A stretch of DNA of 64,000 bases from NCBI RefSeq assembly GCF_009914755.1, contig NC_060933.1, one strand, 5' to 3'. The stretch comes from the human T2T-CHM13v2.0 reference genome, Homo sapiens. Both the position numbers and the translations under genes were made by a program. Shown one piece after another: positions 14,510-28,470 of this stretch (position 1 is its first letter; each line of letters starts with the position of its first letter). The notes beneath the pieces were generated by a model. It had not been told where the DNA came from. It made no database searches and saw only the letters and a program-made list of their open reading frames with translations.

Positions 14510-14961
14510 TCGGCATACAATTTTCAAACTTTAGACGGTGCGAAAGCAATACATATTGAGTAGAAACTACACTTTGAATTATGAATTTTGATGTCCCAGG
14601 CTAGAGATATGTGGTACGATACTCTCTGGTGATGCTGGACAGCAGATCCAAGCTGTAACTGCCAGTCAGCCACATGATCTGGAGGATAAGCAACCAATAC
14701 ACTATAGTGTACTGTGTTTCCTGATTATTTTTTCTAACTGTTAGCTAATGTAAGTATTCTAAGCATGTTTAAAATTGGGTAGGCTAAGCTATGATGTTCA
14801 GTGGGTTTGACATATTAAACGCATTTTTGATTTACAATATTTTAAATTATGATGGGTTTATCAAGATGTAACCTCATCAAAAATCATGATGCATCTGTAT
14901 ACATACACACATACTATCAGGCGTGTTTCAACAATCTTTTTAAAATAAAAGTTGATATTCA

Positions 14962-15253
14962 GGCCGGGCACGGTAGCTCACACATATAATCTCAGCACTT
15001 TGAGAAGCTGGAGGCGGGCGGATCACTTGAGGAGTTTGAGTTTGAGACCAGCCAGGCCAACATGGTGAAACCCTATCTCTACTAAAAATACAAAAAATTA
15101 GCCAGATGTGGTAGTGCGTGCCTGTAATCCCGCTACTCAGGGGCTGAGGCAGGAGAATTGTTTGAACTTAGGAGGCGGAAGTTGTAGTGAGCCAAGATCG
15201 TGCCACTGTACTCCAGCCTGGGCGACAGAATGAAGACTCTGTCTCAAAAAAAT
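14962..15253 (+). mobile_element. Full-length AluS (Sz-like)
   Basis: 16-bp TSD TAAAAGTTGA(T/C)ATTCA at 14946-14961 and 15254-15269. Confidence 0.95.
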
Positions 15254-15619
15254 TAAAAGTTGACATTCACAATCAAGTCATGTTACATTGATCTTGATTG
15301 GACAAGAATCTCCGGAAATTTTTATTTATCCAAATGCATATGTAGGTATGGTGGGTTGGTGTGCATTCACTTATTGGAGGGAAGAGTCTAAGAAAGTTTT
15401 TTTTAAAGGGCCTAAATAATCTAAGCAAAATAAATATTAATCCATGCTAGCCACATTGTAAGTGTTAAAATGGAAAGAAATCATGAGATTCTCAAAATGT
15501 AGCCACTGGTTGGATAAAAATCCTCAGCAAAATTTGTCTCTAGAAATACAAAAGCTCCTTCATTGAAAAATGCCCTCAAATGAAAGTAATTATGAAGCTA
15601 CTCACAAAATTAGAAGTAA

Positions 15620-15830
15620 AAACTCAATGACGGGGAGAGACGAACATGTGGCCATGTAATCTGCTCCCTGCTCGTGGAGTTTCAAGCTAACCGCAGTGGT
15701 TTTGAGTATAAGAAATCATGGTCACAGGAACAGGGAGGAAGTGTGGAAAGGGGTGGGCTGGGGGACCGGGGAGTTTACACTGCCAGATATGACAACTCTT
15801 CGCACAATGAAGTTTGAAATGTAATCAACT
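15620..15830. promoter_or_regulatory. Candidate haematopoietic-type enhancer or intronic promoter with G-quadruplex motif
   Basis: RUNX AACCGCA 15689, PU.1/ETS GAGGAAGT 15735, KLF/SP GGGGTGGGC, FOX GTTTACAC 15773, C/EBP-like TTCGCACAAT; locally GC/CpG-rich unique DNA. Confidence 0.45.
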
Positions 15831-16642
15831 GCTATTTTAAATTTGACCTTTTTTTCCCTAGAATAGTAATTTCCTATAGACTGCTTTCATGTGAGAACCA
15901 TATTTGGTTGCTTAAGAAATAAACTATTAATTCACTACCCACAGAAAGGATAACATTCATTTGTTATCAAATACTAAATGCTGCACATTGCATTAGACTC
16001 GAATTTGAAATGTAATTCCTATGCATGAGTAGTGTTTCAGGAAACATTTGCCTCCCATGTTTTCTCCCCTTGACACTTCACGTTTTAGATCTTTGTTGCT
16101 ACCATACAGAAATAGGTGCATTTGGTTTTTAAATACTGGAAATACCATACTTGACATAAAAATTATATGAAAAAGAGCACATCTAAAATGGACATCAAGA
16201 GGAAGGAAAAAAGAAAAAATACAACAAAAGATTCAGTTTCTTCCATTAATTATAAATTTAAACTGCTAAAGATCCTAAAATATTTCACCTTTCTGGCTAA
16301 TTGTTCTGCATAGTTTATGAGACGCTTATCAAAAAGAACTGGGGTAAGTTATTCATCAAAGTTTTATCATTAATAGCATTAATAGCAAAAGCATACCTTT
16401 TGGAACCATGGAATATTACAGAAATAGAAAGTTGCAGTTCAAATGCTGTTTGTATATAGAGAGAAAACAAGAAGACAAATTTTATGAGATTTCAGGTACC
16501 TCAGGACTGGTTTTGAAGTATTATAGATCAAATATGTGAAGGTTATAAACCAGGGCTCCCAGGTAAGCTGGTATAGAACAAAATCACCAGTGGAACAGAA
16601 ACTGAAAATACTTCCGCTGAAAAGATATATACTGAATGCAAA

Positions 16643-16645
<3 letters not shown>

Positions 16646-16698
<53 letters not shown>
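16646..16698. repeat. (TG)26 microsatellite
   Basis: Uninterrupted 53-bp run. Confidence 0.97.
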
Positions 16699-16701
<3 letters not shown>

Positions 16702-17159
16702 GCAAGTTTCATTTATAGACCAATGCATTCTCTTTGGCAGGGGTAGTTTTTTAAGCTACTGTTAGAAACATATGAAGAGGGGTGTATGTAGGAGAACTGC
16801 TTGCTCTAGGGTTAGGTGTATTTCTACTTCAAGAAGAAAGCCACCCAAAGAATTGCTGTTTCGAAATCTGTACGAATAGCTGAGCCTCTCTTGTTTTCTT
16901 CACTCATGTTCCTAAGTAACAGACAGCAGACTAGGATACTTGGGAGTTACATCCCTTATTTGGCTGTTTGAACTATAAGACTAACAGCATATCAAAAGCT
17001 GATCATTAAACCCTCCTATTTTGATAATATCCTCAGTATGAAACAGCTTAGTGAAAGACAGAGGTTGGCCCTAACAGCAATGTTCATTATAGCCATAACT
17101 TCACCTCTGAGTAGGGCAAGAGTTGAAGGAACAGATCTGAGTAGATCACCAGTAGCTCT

Positions 17160-18288
17160 CACTAACTGAAGCTTCTTGAGGGCAGGATTATCCAATTCAT
17201 ATTTGATCCTCAGCGCCTAGCAATGAGACTGAAATACGTTAGACACTCATGATTATTTGCCAAATAAGAATGGAGTCAAATTCATATCCATTGTGAATTA
17301 CCCAGAAACTATACATTTTAAGATAAAAAGTGATTGTAAACATAGTTCCAGCCCATTCCTCTTAAAAATTCTAGACAAGGTATATTGATGGTCAAATGTT
17401 GCAGTTCTCAAAAAGTCTCCAGCCTGGACACTGCCTTGGGTAGATCTGGTCATCAGTCCTGGTTGCTGCTCCAAGTAAAAACTTCATTCTTGATTTGGGG
17501 TTTTCTTATCACCTGAAATACCCTTTTGCAAGGTATGTTTCTTACATCTCTCCTCACATAAACTCCGTAAAACCACCCCTCTCGAATGCTACCTTCTCCA
17601 ACGAATCTCTCCTATTTATCTTATTTGTAAGTAATTTCTCCCTTTCCTAAATGACACAATATTTTATCAGTACGTTATAAACAATGTTTCACATTGATGC
17701 AATGAATAACTACCAGAAATGCAAAAAACACAAACAATGCAGATGGGTTCCATGATGAATTTGGCGGTACCTGCCTTTTCCAGGCTTCAAGGCTGCTCTT
17801 ATTTTTCATTCACTCTATTGCTTCTGCCTCAAATATCACAACCTGCCTGTAATCCTGTTCCCTCCTCTCAGACAAATGTTCTTTAAGGCATAGCTCAGGA
17901 GTCACTTTCTCCAAAATAATCTTCCCTGACCTCTTCTCCAATTTCAGATGAGTAAGGTGTTGTTAACGTGTCCTACTCACCTGCTTCCATAGTACCATGG
18001 GCACATGTCCTTCTTCACTAAGGATACCACATTGCAGTGATCTGGGAAAGCACGTCTTCTCACTGACCTGAGTTCTTTGAGGAATGGAATGGCACAGTCA
18101 TCATGGTATTTCCAGCATTTTGCTAGGCCTCAGTGCCACAGTGGCTGCTCAATATTTTATGAATAAATGAATTCAGTTATATTTGCGTGTAATCTCCTAT
18201 TCTAGACTGTGTGCTCTTTGAGCTCAGTAAATTCAGTATTTTTGGTACACAGTAGATATTTTTAAATGCCTCAATGAATGAATGAATC
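17160..18288 (+). mobile_element. Cluster of L2 3' fragments
   Basis: Repeated L2 ends such as aagcttcttgagggcagga and tagactgtgtgctctttgag, with tgaatgaatgaat tails. Confidence 0.6.
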
Positions 18289-18539
18289 ATACAACCTTTA
18301 GGCTGGAAGTAATTATAGATATTTTTAGTCTTATTTCTCTCTCTTACAAATAACATATGATGACCAAGCTAGGTTCTATACATTTATTCATGGAATCAGG
18401 ATCAAGGCATAGGTCTTCAGATTCCAAGCCACACAATTTATTCTTGTATACTGTGACATTTTTGAATTAATTAATTCTATATGAAGACTAAAATATTAAA
18501 GTCATCACTATGAATATATATTTAGAAATGAGACCTTAT

Positions 18540-19110
18540 TTTCACGGAAATTTAACAAAACTGGCTGTCAACCATTTTTAATGGATTCTCCTAGTATGTA
18601 TCAGAGGCTGACAGTTACAGGCAATCCATTATAATAGAAAGAGAAACATGTTATATTCTAAATACTGCAAATTAATCATTAATAATAATTTAAAAATCCA
18701 ATAGATTTTGGTTTAGTCAGCAAAATGTTTTAAATACAAGTGTTCTATACATTGCAGAGATGCTAAGTTACATTTAATACCATTTATCAAAACCTTAGGG
18801 AGTTATTCTTTGGGTCTCCAAATCTCAAAGACATTAAACCAGGACCAAGAATTTCATGAATACTGTGGCAGATTCCTCCCTCCCTCCCTCTCTACTAACA
18901 GTGATTTCAAGGCAATGTGACAGCAACTTACACATTACCTGTCAATAGCAATGACTTAGCCATCATCTCCCTGGAACCTTTCATTCCTATTACTCCTAAA
19001 TCACCTATAAAGAAATTGGTAATTAAGCTGCTAGAGACATCTGGGCTAAATGGATTTTGAGCCAAGAAGTTTTGAAAGGCTGATTATTAACCTTCGGTAA
19101 AACACAATTA
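18540..19110. promoter_or_regulatory. Candidate homeodomain/TALE (MEIS-PBX-HOX) enhancer
   Basis: Four TGACAG/CTGTCA sites, inverted TAATGGATT/AATCCATTA, TAATTA and TAAATCA in unique DNA. Confidence 0.35.
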
Positions 19111-22100
19111 AGAGAACACACCAGACTCATTCTCAGCTTCAGTAGGAGAGAAAGGTCAGGGCTATATGTGTCTGGTAGATTTAATTTTCTATATCACTAT
19201 TAGACAGCCTAGATTATTTTTAATCTGGTTACAACAACAAATTCTACTGATTTTTGAATCAAAAGTCAAATAAAAACCTCCAGTATAAACCTGAGTTTTC
19301 TGCAAGTATTTTCTTTCAGAGGCATAACAGTCTCCATTTTCTACAGAATTCATAAATATGAATATTTTAGAAAATGTCTATAAGTGTTGGTCTTCTAAGT
19401 TCTCGGTGCTGCCTAAAGTAAATATGGTAATACTCAGTTGCCCACCTATGAGCTTTTGTGTGTCATTAGCACAAATCTAATGCTTCATATGCAGCAATAC
19501 AAACACTAACATCATTTCTTTTATATAGAAATATGCTTCCCAAGTTTAAGTTCAAAAACACATCTGACTTTAAACAAAATCATGTTTGTTGTCAATGTTT
19601 TATTCTCTCTCCCAAAAACCTTCCTTCCTACCTCCAGAGGCTTCCTCTCCCAAACTAACACATCTTTCTTCAGCCTAGGGAGTTCATTTTAACCCACGTA
19701 GGTGAAACTCTCTTTAGATACCCTCTAACAAGGAGGGTACAAATCCTCCCACCCCAAGAACCGCTATCTCTTCCAGCCTTAAAACTTCCAGAGGAAAAGG
19801 TTATGCTAGTGGTTACAGAAAGCAAGACCAATATTTTGCAGAAGGAAGCCCATTCTATCCAATGTTACCCAAATCATATCAGGCAGGCAATCATCCTCCA
19901 AACTGCTTGAAATTATGAATGCAGAAATTAATGTTAAAATGAAAATGCCTATAGTCCTCTGCTACAGACAGGCAGAGAGGGGAAGAACTTTACTAACCTC
20001 TACCTCAGAAGAACTCTTTCTCTTTGAGGAGGAACATCTTCCATAAAAACTGGAGAAAAAATTGGGCCTTCCAATTATCACACATCTCCGTTCCCCTCAA
20101 CAATTGGTGTGTCTACAGTCCCCTCCATCTGGTAGTGATTTATTTTCAAAGGATGAAAATTAAAAAGAATCACACCTTGCAATTTGGCTTATCGATTCCT
20201 TTTCATTTATCTAAACTGAGCAGTCATATAACATCCTTAAGAAAAGAGACTTTAAAACTTCCACTGCTTAAAAACATCCCTAAAAGAAAGGACTTAAGAA
20301 TCACCTCTATCAAAGAAAGTTTGTTTATTATTTTAAGGAAGATATAAATTGGAAAAAACCATACTAATTAGAAACTTGTAAAACTTCCATTTGAATTATA
20401 AATTCATGATGAAAACTAATACAACACAATATTTGGATATTTTGTTATACATAATGAAAGTTTCAGATTTGGGAAACTGAAAAATACAGAGCAGATATCA
20501 ACAACATTTGGGTACATAATGCGGTGAACTGTTAGAAAAACCACAGTTTCCGTAATGAAGTTGTAGTGGAAGTACAATCACCATCGCATAAGTAGATATC
20601 AGCCACCATACTATGCATCCTCTTACAACAGCAAGAATGACTGTTCCTATAGCAGAGATCGAGTCCATTAGAATTTCAACCACTGAAAAATGGGTTGAGA
20701 CCACATAATTTGCTAGTATATGTGACTTCATTATATTAAATAGGGAGATTTTTATATGTAAATTGAGATTATTAACAGTAATGGTCATAATAAATACACT
20801 CCTCATAATTTATTGCACTTCAGTAACATACTATTTGCCACAATACAAATACTTTCAAAATCCTAACAAGATGTGCTCAAAACTAAATTGCAAAACAAAT
20901 AAGCCACCACCTACTGTTAAAGGTTAGTTTAAGTATTTCAAAAGCAACAATTTAATAAAGATTAAGGAATTTAATAAGCTTCCCTTTTCCTTTAACAAAA
21001 AAGCTTTCAAGAGTCAATGAGCAACAACAAGAAAGGGAAAACACTAGCACATTAAAATGTGGTGTGTAAAGTATGGTAATAAATACACTTAAGAGAGGTA
21101 GGTTTTAATAATAACAAATACATTTTTTTTTACACCAATGACTGCCCGTTAGGCACATTCTTAAGTCAACTTGCATGGTTGTGGCTATTTGTCAAAACTT
21201 ACTTCATCATTTACAGTCTCAGAGTTCTTTTCCTTTTAGCTCAATGTTGTGATGGAATCAATACAGATCTGCTCTTAAAATATCTGTCTCTGACCTGTGT
21301 TTGTTTTAAGCTGTATCATTCATAATGGTGATGGATTGGTAATGCTATTCCTCTTTGTCTGCACAAAGCACCATGGCATAAAAAGCACATATATTTTATG
21401 CCCAAGGTCAGGAGAAAATTAATGGATAAAGAGCTAGATAAAATGGAGTTCAAGCTGAATGGGCTGAGAGCGCTCTACAAGGTACAGACCAGGCAGGCAG
21501 TACAAAGTCCATTATACTTAAACACTCTTGAAGCATTTCAGAAGTGAAATTGTTTCCACAGGCTAACACATAAAAGCACCAAGCTCTCACATGGCTTCCA
21601 CTGAGTGCCCACAGGTATGGGCAAAGTACTCCTGCTCACGAGCTTCCACGGCATATTCCATTTATCAATTTTTACCTTGAGCAATAAGCCCATTTGGTGT
21701 TTATCACCAGAGTTGAACAAGTTATGCTTTGTTGTCATTAGCAAACTTCTCTTTTAACACTTTCCTACTAATTCTATTTCTATTGTTCACTCTCTTACTG
21801 TGCCTTGTGAATACTTAAGAGTTTAGGGTCTCCCTTAAGAGGCAGGGCCAGCTGATTCCAACAAAAACAAAGCTTCATAGCTAACAATTACACGCTATTT
21901 TCCATAACATGCACTCTCAGACATCTAAATGGCAGCAAACTAAGTAGAAATTTAAAATAATAACAAAAACAAAGACCAGTAACTGAGAATTCTAAAGTTT
22001 GGCATGCAGAACACCATCAAAATCATCCATGACAATTTGGCTGATAATATCTATGCATAAACATAAGGAAATAAGCATTTTGCCTAGTTAAGCAGTCCAA

Positions 22101-25100
22101 AAATCAATGGTTTTCTTCACAAACCTTGCTGAGAAAAGCAATATTACTATTTTGTTGAATATAAAACAACTGAGCAAAGCCATATTAGAATTTATCCTAA
22201 ATACCTCACTTTCAGATTTAGAAAAACAATATTTAATAAATAGATAGTGTAAGTGGGTTCTTCCATTTGTTCATTTTAAGGGGAATGCATAGTAACAGTT
22301 GTGATTTGTCCTTATAGTTGAGCCTTCAACCCTGTGACACTATAAATAAACTGCTCCTGGAGCTGCGGAAATTGCCCATTATCTCCAAGAGCATGTTCTG
22401 ATAAGAGTCCATCAACATGAAGCCAAAACTCATTCAGAGCATCAAGAGAGGAAAGTTTCTAGTGATGGTTTGGTCATGGTCTCTTTCAGGATGATTGCAT
22501 GGCAGAGGAAGGAATAAAACTGTGAAAGAATTAAAGTTGGTGGATGCGGAAGTAATGTGTACAGTGATGATATAGATATTAAAGCCAAAATGTGGCAACT
22601 CTGTTTGACACCGCAAAGCAAAATGCATTTTTTCACGTAATTTAGAAATATATTCAGGTAGCACTCAAAGAGCTCATTTAATATTAAATATAATAGGCAA
22701 GTTCTGAGTGTCAGTTAAACTGGACTGAATGTTTGAGTTTGTCATAAATTAGGTGTGGCTCACCCAAAAGCATAATCTTTCCATTTTAGTTTCTTTATTT
22801 GTAAAATTAAGAGTCAGAATATAGCCTCCAAGGACTCTTCTACCTAACTAAAAAGCAAAACCAAACCCTTCCAAATATCTTCCATGATATTCTCTTAACA
22901 TAAAAAGTCCCAGGTTTATGATCCAAAGATAGAGATCTTGGCATTTTAACATGAGTGCAGTGACAAGACTTTCTGACCTGAGTCCACAGGGCAGTTACAC
23001 ACATAAAATGACTTCAGGGAAACTCTTCACTTAGGGAAAAAAGCAATTATGAGGAATTTGTAAGTATTATAAAACTATTTTTAAAATAGTAATAGAAAGC
23101 TGAAATGAAGAGTAATGGTCTAAAGCTAAAAAAAGGAAGAAATTAACATTAGACAACACAAAAATTCTTCAAGGGGAATTAGGCACTAGAATAACTGCTT
23201 AGAGAGGTACTTGAGTCAACCTCATTGGAGGCATTCAGAAATAGATTATATCAAAACCTAGCAGGAAGTCTAGTGTTACTCCTTAACTTGAAAAAAATAA
23301 AAAACAACGTAGCACATTTCCACTACCTAACTTACCATATTTTGCATATTATTTTCCATATATTTCATATTACTGTGTATACTTGGTGCTCTGATTATAT
23401 TGGTTTGCATGATTCTATTTTCACATATATCCTAAATATTTCCAAAGTTTCAACACACTGTTATTATAAGCTTAACATTTCAAAAGCTGGTTAAATATTC
23501 AACGTTGTTGATATATTTTAACTTCTTATTCTGGTAAAGTACATTTAGATTATAATTTATTGCCATCATAGCAACTCCTATGCTACATATTTTTGTTCAT
23601 GATCTGTTGGTTTCTATCAAATTGAATCCTCAATTTAAACTCCTATGACTAGAAATACCAAATCAAATGAGTATTTCACACCTCTGGCTATGTATTGCTA
23701 CTTCTAAAGCCCTAGGTATGAATGAATGCATGACAACTCAGTGCTGCCATTTTAACATGTGCTGATAATACGTTCCAAAAATTCTAAAAAATGATGTGCA
23801 AATTTTGTTATTCTCTTACATAACTAAAGAAAGGTATTGGTGCTACTAAAGATATACATATTTATTTCCAGTATGTATTTAATATATTTATTCCTGAAAT
23901 GAAAAGATAGGCAAAGTAGTTTTAAAATAATCTATAATAGAACACTGCTTTAACAGAATGAAGACAGACTTAAATTTCTTGAGTGTTAGGAAATTGGGGA
24001 GACCCTGGATCATCTCAAACAATACTGAAGATACTCTTCACAAGTCAGTTCACTCTGGGTCAATGGCAATCAGCCAGATAAATCTTGTTAATATTAAAAC
24101 TGGCTTAAAGCCAGACAGAATTCATTTTTTTCTCAATTAAAATAGATGGAGCCATCTTTCTTGACTATTAAGCATATCTCTAATGTTCACAAGCCTGCCT
24201 TTGTTTCATTTCCTCTCCCTATAACATAAAAATGATAAAAAATATTCTCTTTATCCAAAAAAGTTGCATAATTTTTATCACATTAGAAAAAAAGCATCAG
24301 TAGGAGTATTTATGGAACATTACTCTTAATTCTGCATTTTTACCTATGCAGAACATTTTGTAACCAGTGTTCAATATTATGATTAAAACATAAATGAGGT
24401 TAATATTTACAATTTGTTTATATTTCAATTAGAACAATTTTAGAATTCATGTGTGCATAAGCTTGGCAGAAAATAATTTCTCTAATGCATATTTTAACTT
24501 CATTTAGGGCTGACTATGGTAATACTAATTATTCATCCTTGTATTTTCAGATAGTTGGAAGAAATGGCAGTTCCAGGGACTTTCTGGTTCCTCCTCAGTA
24601 CAAAACCATTTATATCATATTCTATTATTGCTCCATCTCAACTCCTGTGCAAACCTATTAATACCTACAGATACTGCACGGAACATGCTATGCCATTCAC
24701 AATTTAGTCTTTCAGATTGAAACATGTCTTAATTCATCTCAAGAAAAGACTAGAAGAAAATGGTAGTTGCTTCTTAAAATTACCAAAATCATGATCATCA
24801 CTATTAACAACTGATAATACGCCATAATGAACACTCTTTGGCACTGTCTATCAATAAATATTATTTTAATTTAAACTATTCATTTTGGACATCATCTACT
24901 ATTGTAGTTATTATAATATTGTCCTCTGATAAAAACATCTGAACATTTTAATTCATGATGATGATAGTTGGGAGGCCCTAAAAATTGGTCCAACACTTTA
25001 AAATAATGTATAATAAATTAAACACCAAAAGGCATTAAGCAATAAAATGTCCATTAAAGCACTGTATCTCAGCAGCTGGAAAACACCTAGGTGGTATATA

Positions 25101-26377
25101 TAGCAAAATATAAGTATCAAATATTTGGTGGTACATATAGCAAAATAAAGGCTAACCACTAAGAAGAAAAATATTTTTCTTGCACTTTCCACATACTTTG
25201 TTATTACTTTTAAAGTTCAAGGCATAGTTTCCTGTGGGTTCTTTTCATTTTTCTTCATTCAGTAAAATAAATATCCATCTTCAGCCAGACATTCATTCCT
25301 CCCCCTGAGCTATTAAAACTCAATTAATTGCTTAGTTAATTGCCAATCCCATTTAAACAACTCACTGCTGAACTCCAAACAAACTTATAAAATGAAGTGA
25401 TATGCTGAGATTCATAAGCAGTCACAAATGTAAAAATAAATTTAAAAAGGAAGAATATGCATGCCCAAGAAGAAATGGCTTCATTAATTAAAAAATCAAT
25501 ATCATATAAATAAAGACAAATAAAAGCAAATTAATTCAACCTTGGCAATAAAGGCACAAGATAATTTGGTCATCTATTTCATTAACGCGTTTGCAAATAG
25601 ATCACACTTCATCAGAGGGTTTACAGAACTGTCCTCGTACTCTACGAATAGCTGTTCAAGTAGTTCAGGCTGCAAACAAGTACAAGACTTCTGACCTTCT
25701 ACTTAAACAGAAGTTTTTAAAGTTGGTGATTATATATCATTTACCAAGAGTAAGCTAAATTGTTCCTGAAATTAACTCAAATCACTTGTGTTCATGAGAA
25801 AAGGAAAAAGGCGATTATATATTTATATATTTCAAGCAGGGTCTGAGTGAATTGAGTATCCAGTACCAACACACTCAAGTATTCTTTTTAGTCCCTAACC
25901 GCTTACTTCAAATTTTCATAGAAAAAGCAGCAATTTAATTCTAAGAGTATATCAAATGCATTAAATAGCCCTGTACGGAGTGGCCAATGTACTAATTCAT
26001 ATGTGCTGGTGAACTCTTTGCCTGTTGCTGTCTTAATTCTTGAAAATAAATTACAGGCTAGTAAGTATCCTTCGTTACTGTGACCTCCCTCACCCTATGG
26101 ATTTTACCAGACGATAATCTAGACCAGTGTCTCTGCAAAAACGTGGCTGCAGAAGAGATATATTCGTTTATTTGGTAAGCAACAATGAAGTACTTAAGTC
26201 CATAAATTTTCCATTACAATGTCAGAAAAACAAGAAGGCTCACTTTTTGCTCAAGAATAATTCAGAAAGGAAAAAAGCAACTGCTCAGTTTTTCAAAATG
26301 AGTTTAAGTTGCAAAAACAAATGGGAAATTGTGCAACAAATGTAGTGACTCTAAGTCATAAATGCATTAACTTAAAT

Positions 26378-26520
26378 TTATTAACTACAGTACCTACCAT
26401 GTGCTAAACACTGCACAGGGTACCAAAGATGCAAAGACTAGCTAGGGATGCTTCCTCAGAGGGCTGAACTCCATAATCGACTCTGCTATACAGGAGATGT
26501 ACTACAAAGATTTCAGCAGA
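26378..26520 (-). mobile_element. L2 fragment
   Basis: tttatt...cctaccatgtgctaaacactgcacagggtaccaaagatgcaaaga. Confidence 0.55.
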
Positions 26521-27229
26521 GAAATAACTTAGGTCAGTTTACATTTACAAATGAGATAGTCCTAACAGCCTTTAAATCCCCACATGTTGTAATGGATGAT
26601 ACTTAGTATGCATGAAAGCTTGGGAGCAAATAATGTTTGCACAAACTGTTTATCTATCCTTATAACACCAAACCTTGAAGTGTTGGAAGATTATTGAAGG
26701 CTTTTTTTTCCTTTTAAATATTAATGTGCACACTTTTCAACCAATTGTTGGCATAGAATACCTGCAGCAATTCTTGATTCTATCATATTTATAAAAAATA
26801 ATGTCAATACCTATAATAACTATAAACACATAATACTAAGTTTTGTTTTATGGCCATTTTGAACTTCCTGAAATAATTCTGCATTTAAGGCAGACTTCCA
26901 AATACAATGAAAGACTCTTACTGATATTTGTGGGGAGAAATAATGGTTCTTTTATGGTCATGATTTGCATTTTTACAGATTATCTATTATACTTTATGTC
27001 TTTTCCAATGTTTCCTAAAGCTTCACATTTTGGTTGTATTGTAAAACCAAAGTAAACAAAATTTCTACAGGTTAAGGTCATAATAATTAGAGTTATGTGT
27101 AGTTCTCTTTTTGTGTGCATATATACACCCACATACATGTATATAGATATTTAATCTTGTCTTTGATCTACAGCAAGGCTAATGCAGCAAAAAAAAAAAA
27201 AAAAAAATCCATATTTGCATATCCGTGTC

Positions 27230-28280
<1,051 letters not shown>

Positions 28281-28283
28281 CTG

Positions 28284-28470
28284 CAGTAGCTATAAATGAT
28301 GGTTCCAGAGCAGCAGCCTCTGCATCACCTGGGAACTCATTAAAAATGCAAAATCTCGGGCCCTACTCAAGACCCGCTGAATCAGAAACTCTAGGGATGT
28401 GGGACTCAGAAATTTGTAGTTCAACAAGCCTTTCAGGTGATTCTGATGCGTACTGATGTTTAAGGACCCC
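28284..28470. mobile_element. MER5A hAT-Charlie DNA transposon
   Basis: gcatcacctgggaactcattaaaaatgcaaaatctcgggcc...tgaatcagaaactct...caggtgattctgatgc. Confidence 0.88.

Noticed and set aside
20498-20806. Hydrophobic 102-aa minus-strand ORF
   Set aside because: Hydrophobicity follows from the T-rich strand; no homology recognised
23494-23518. Loose resemblance to miR-181 (aatattcaacgttgttga)
   Set aside because: Seed mismatch, no precursor hairpin, AT-rich context resembling old L1
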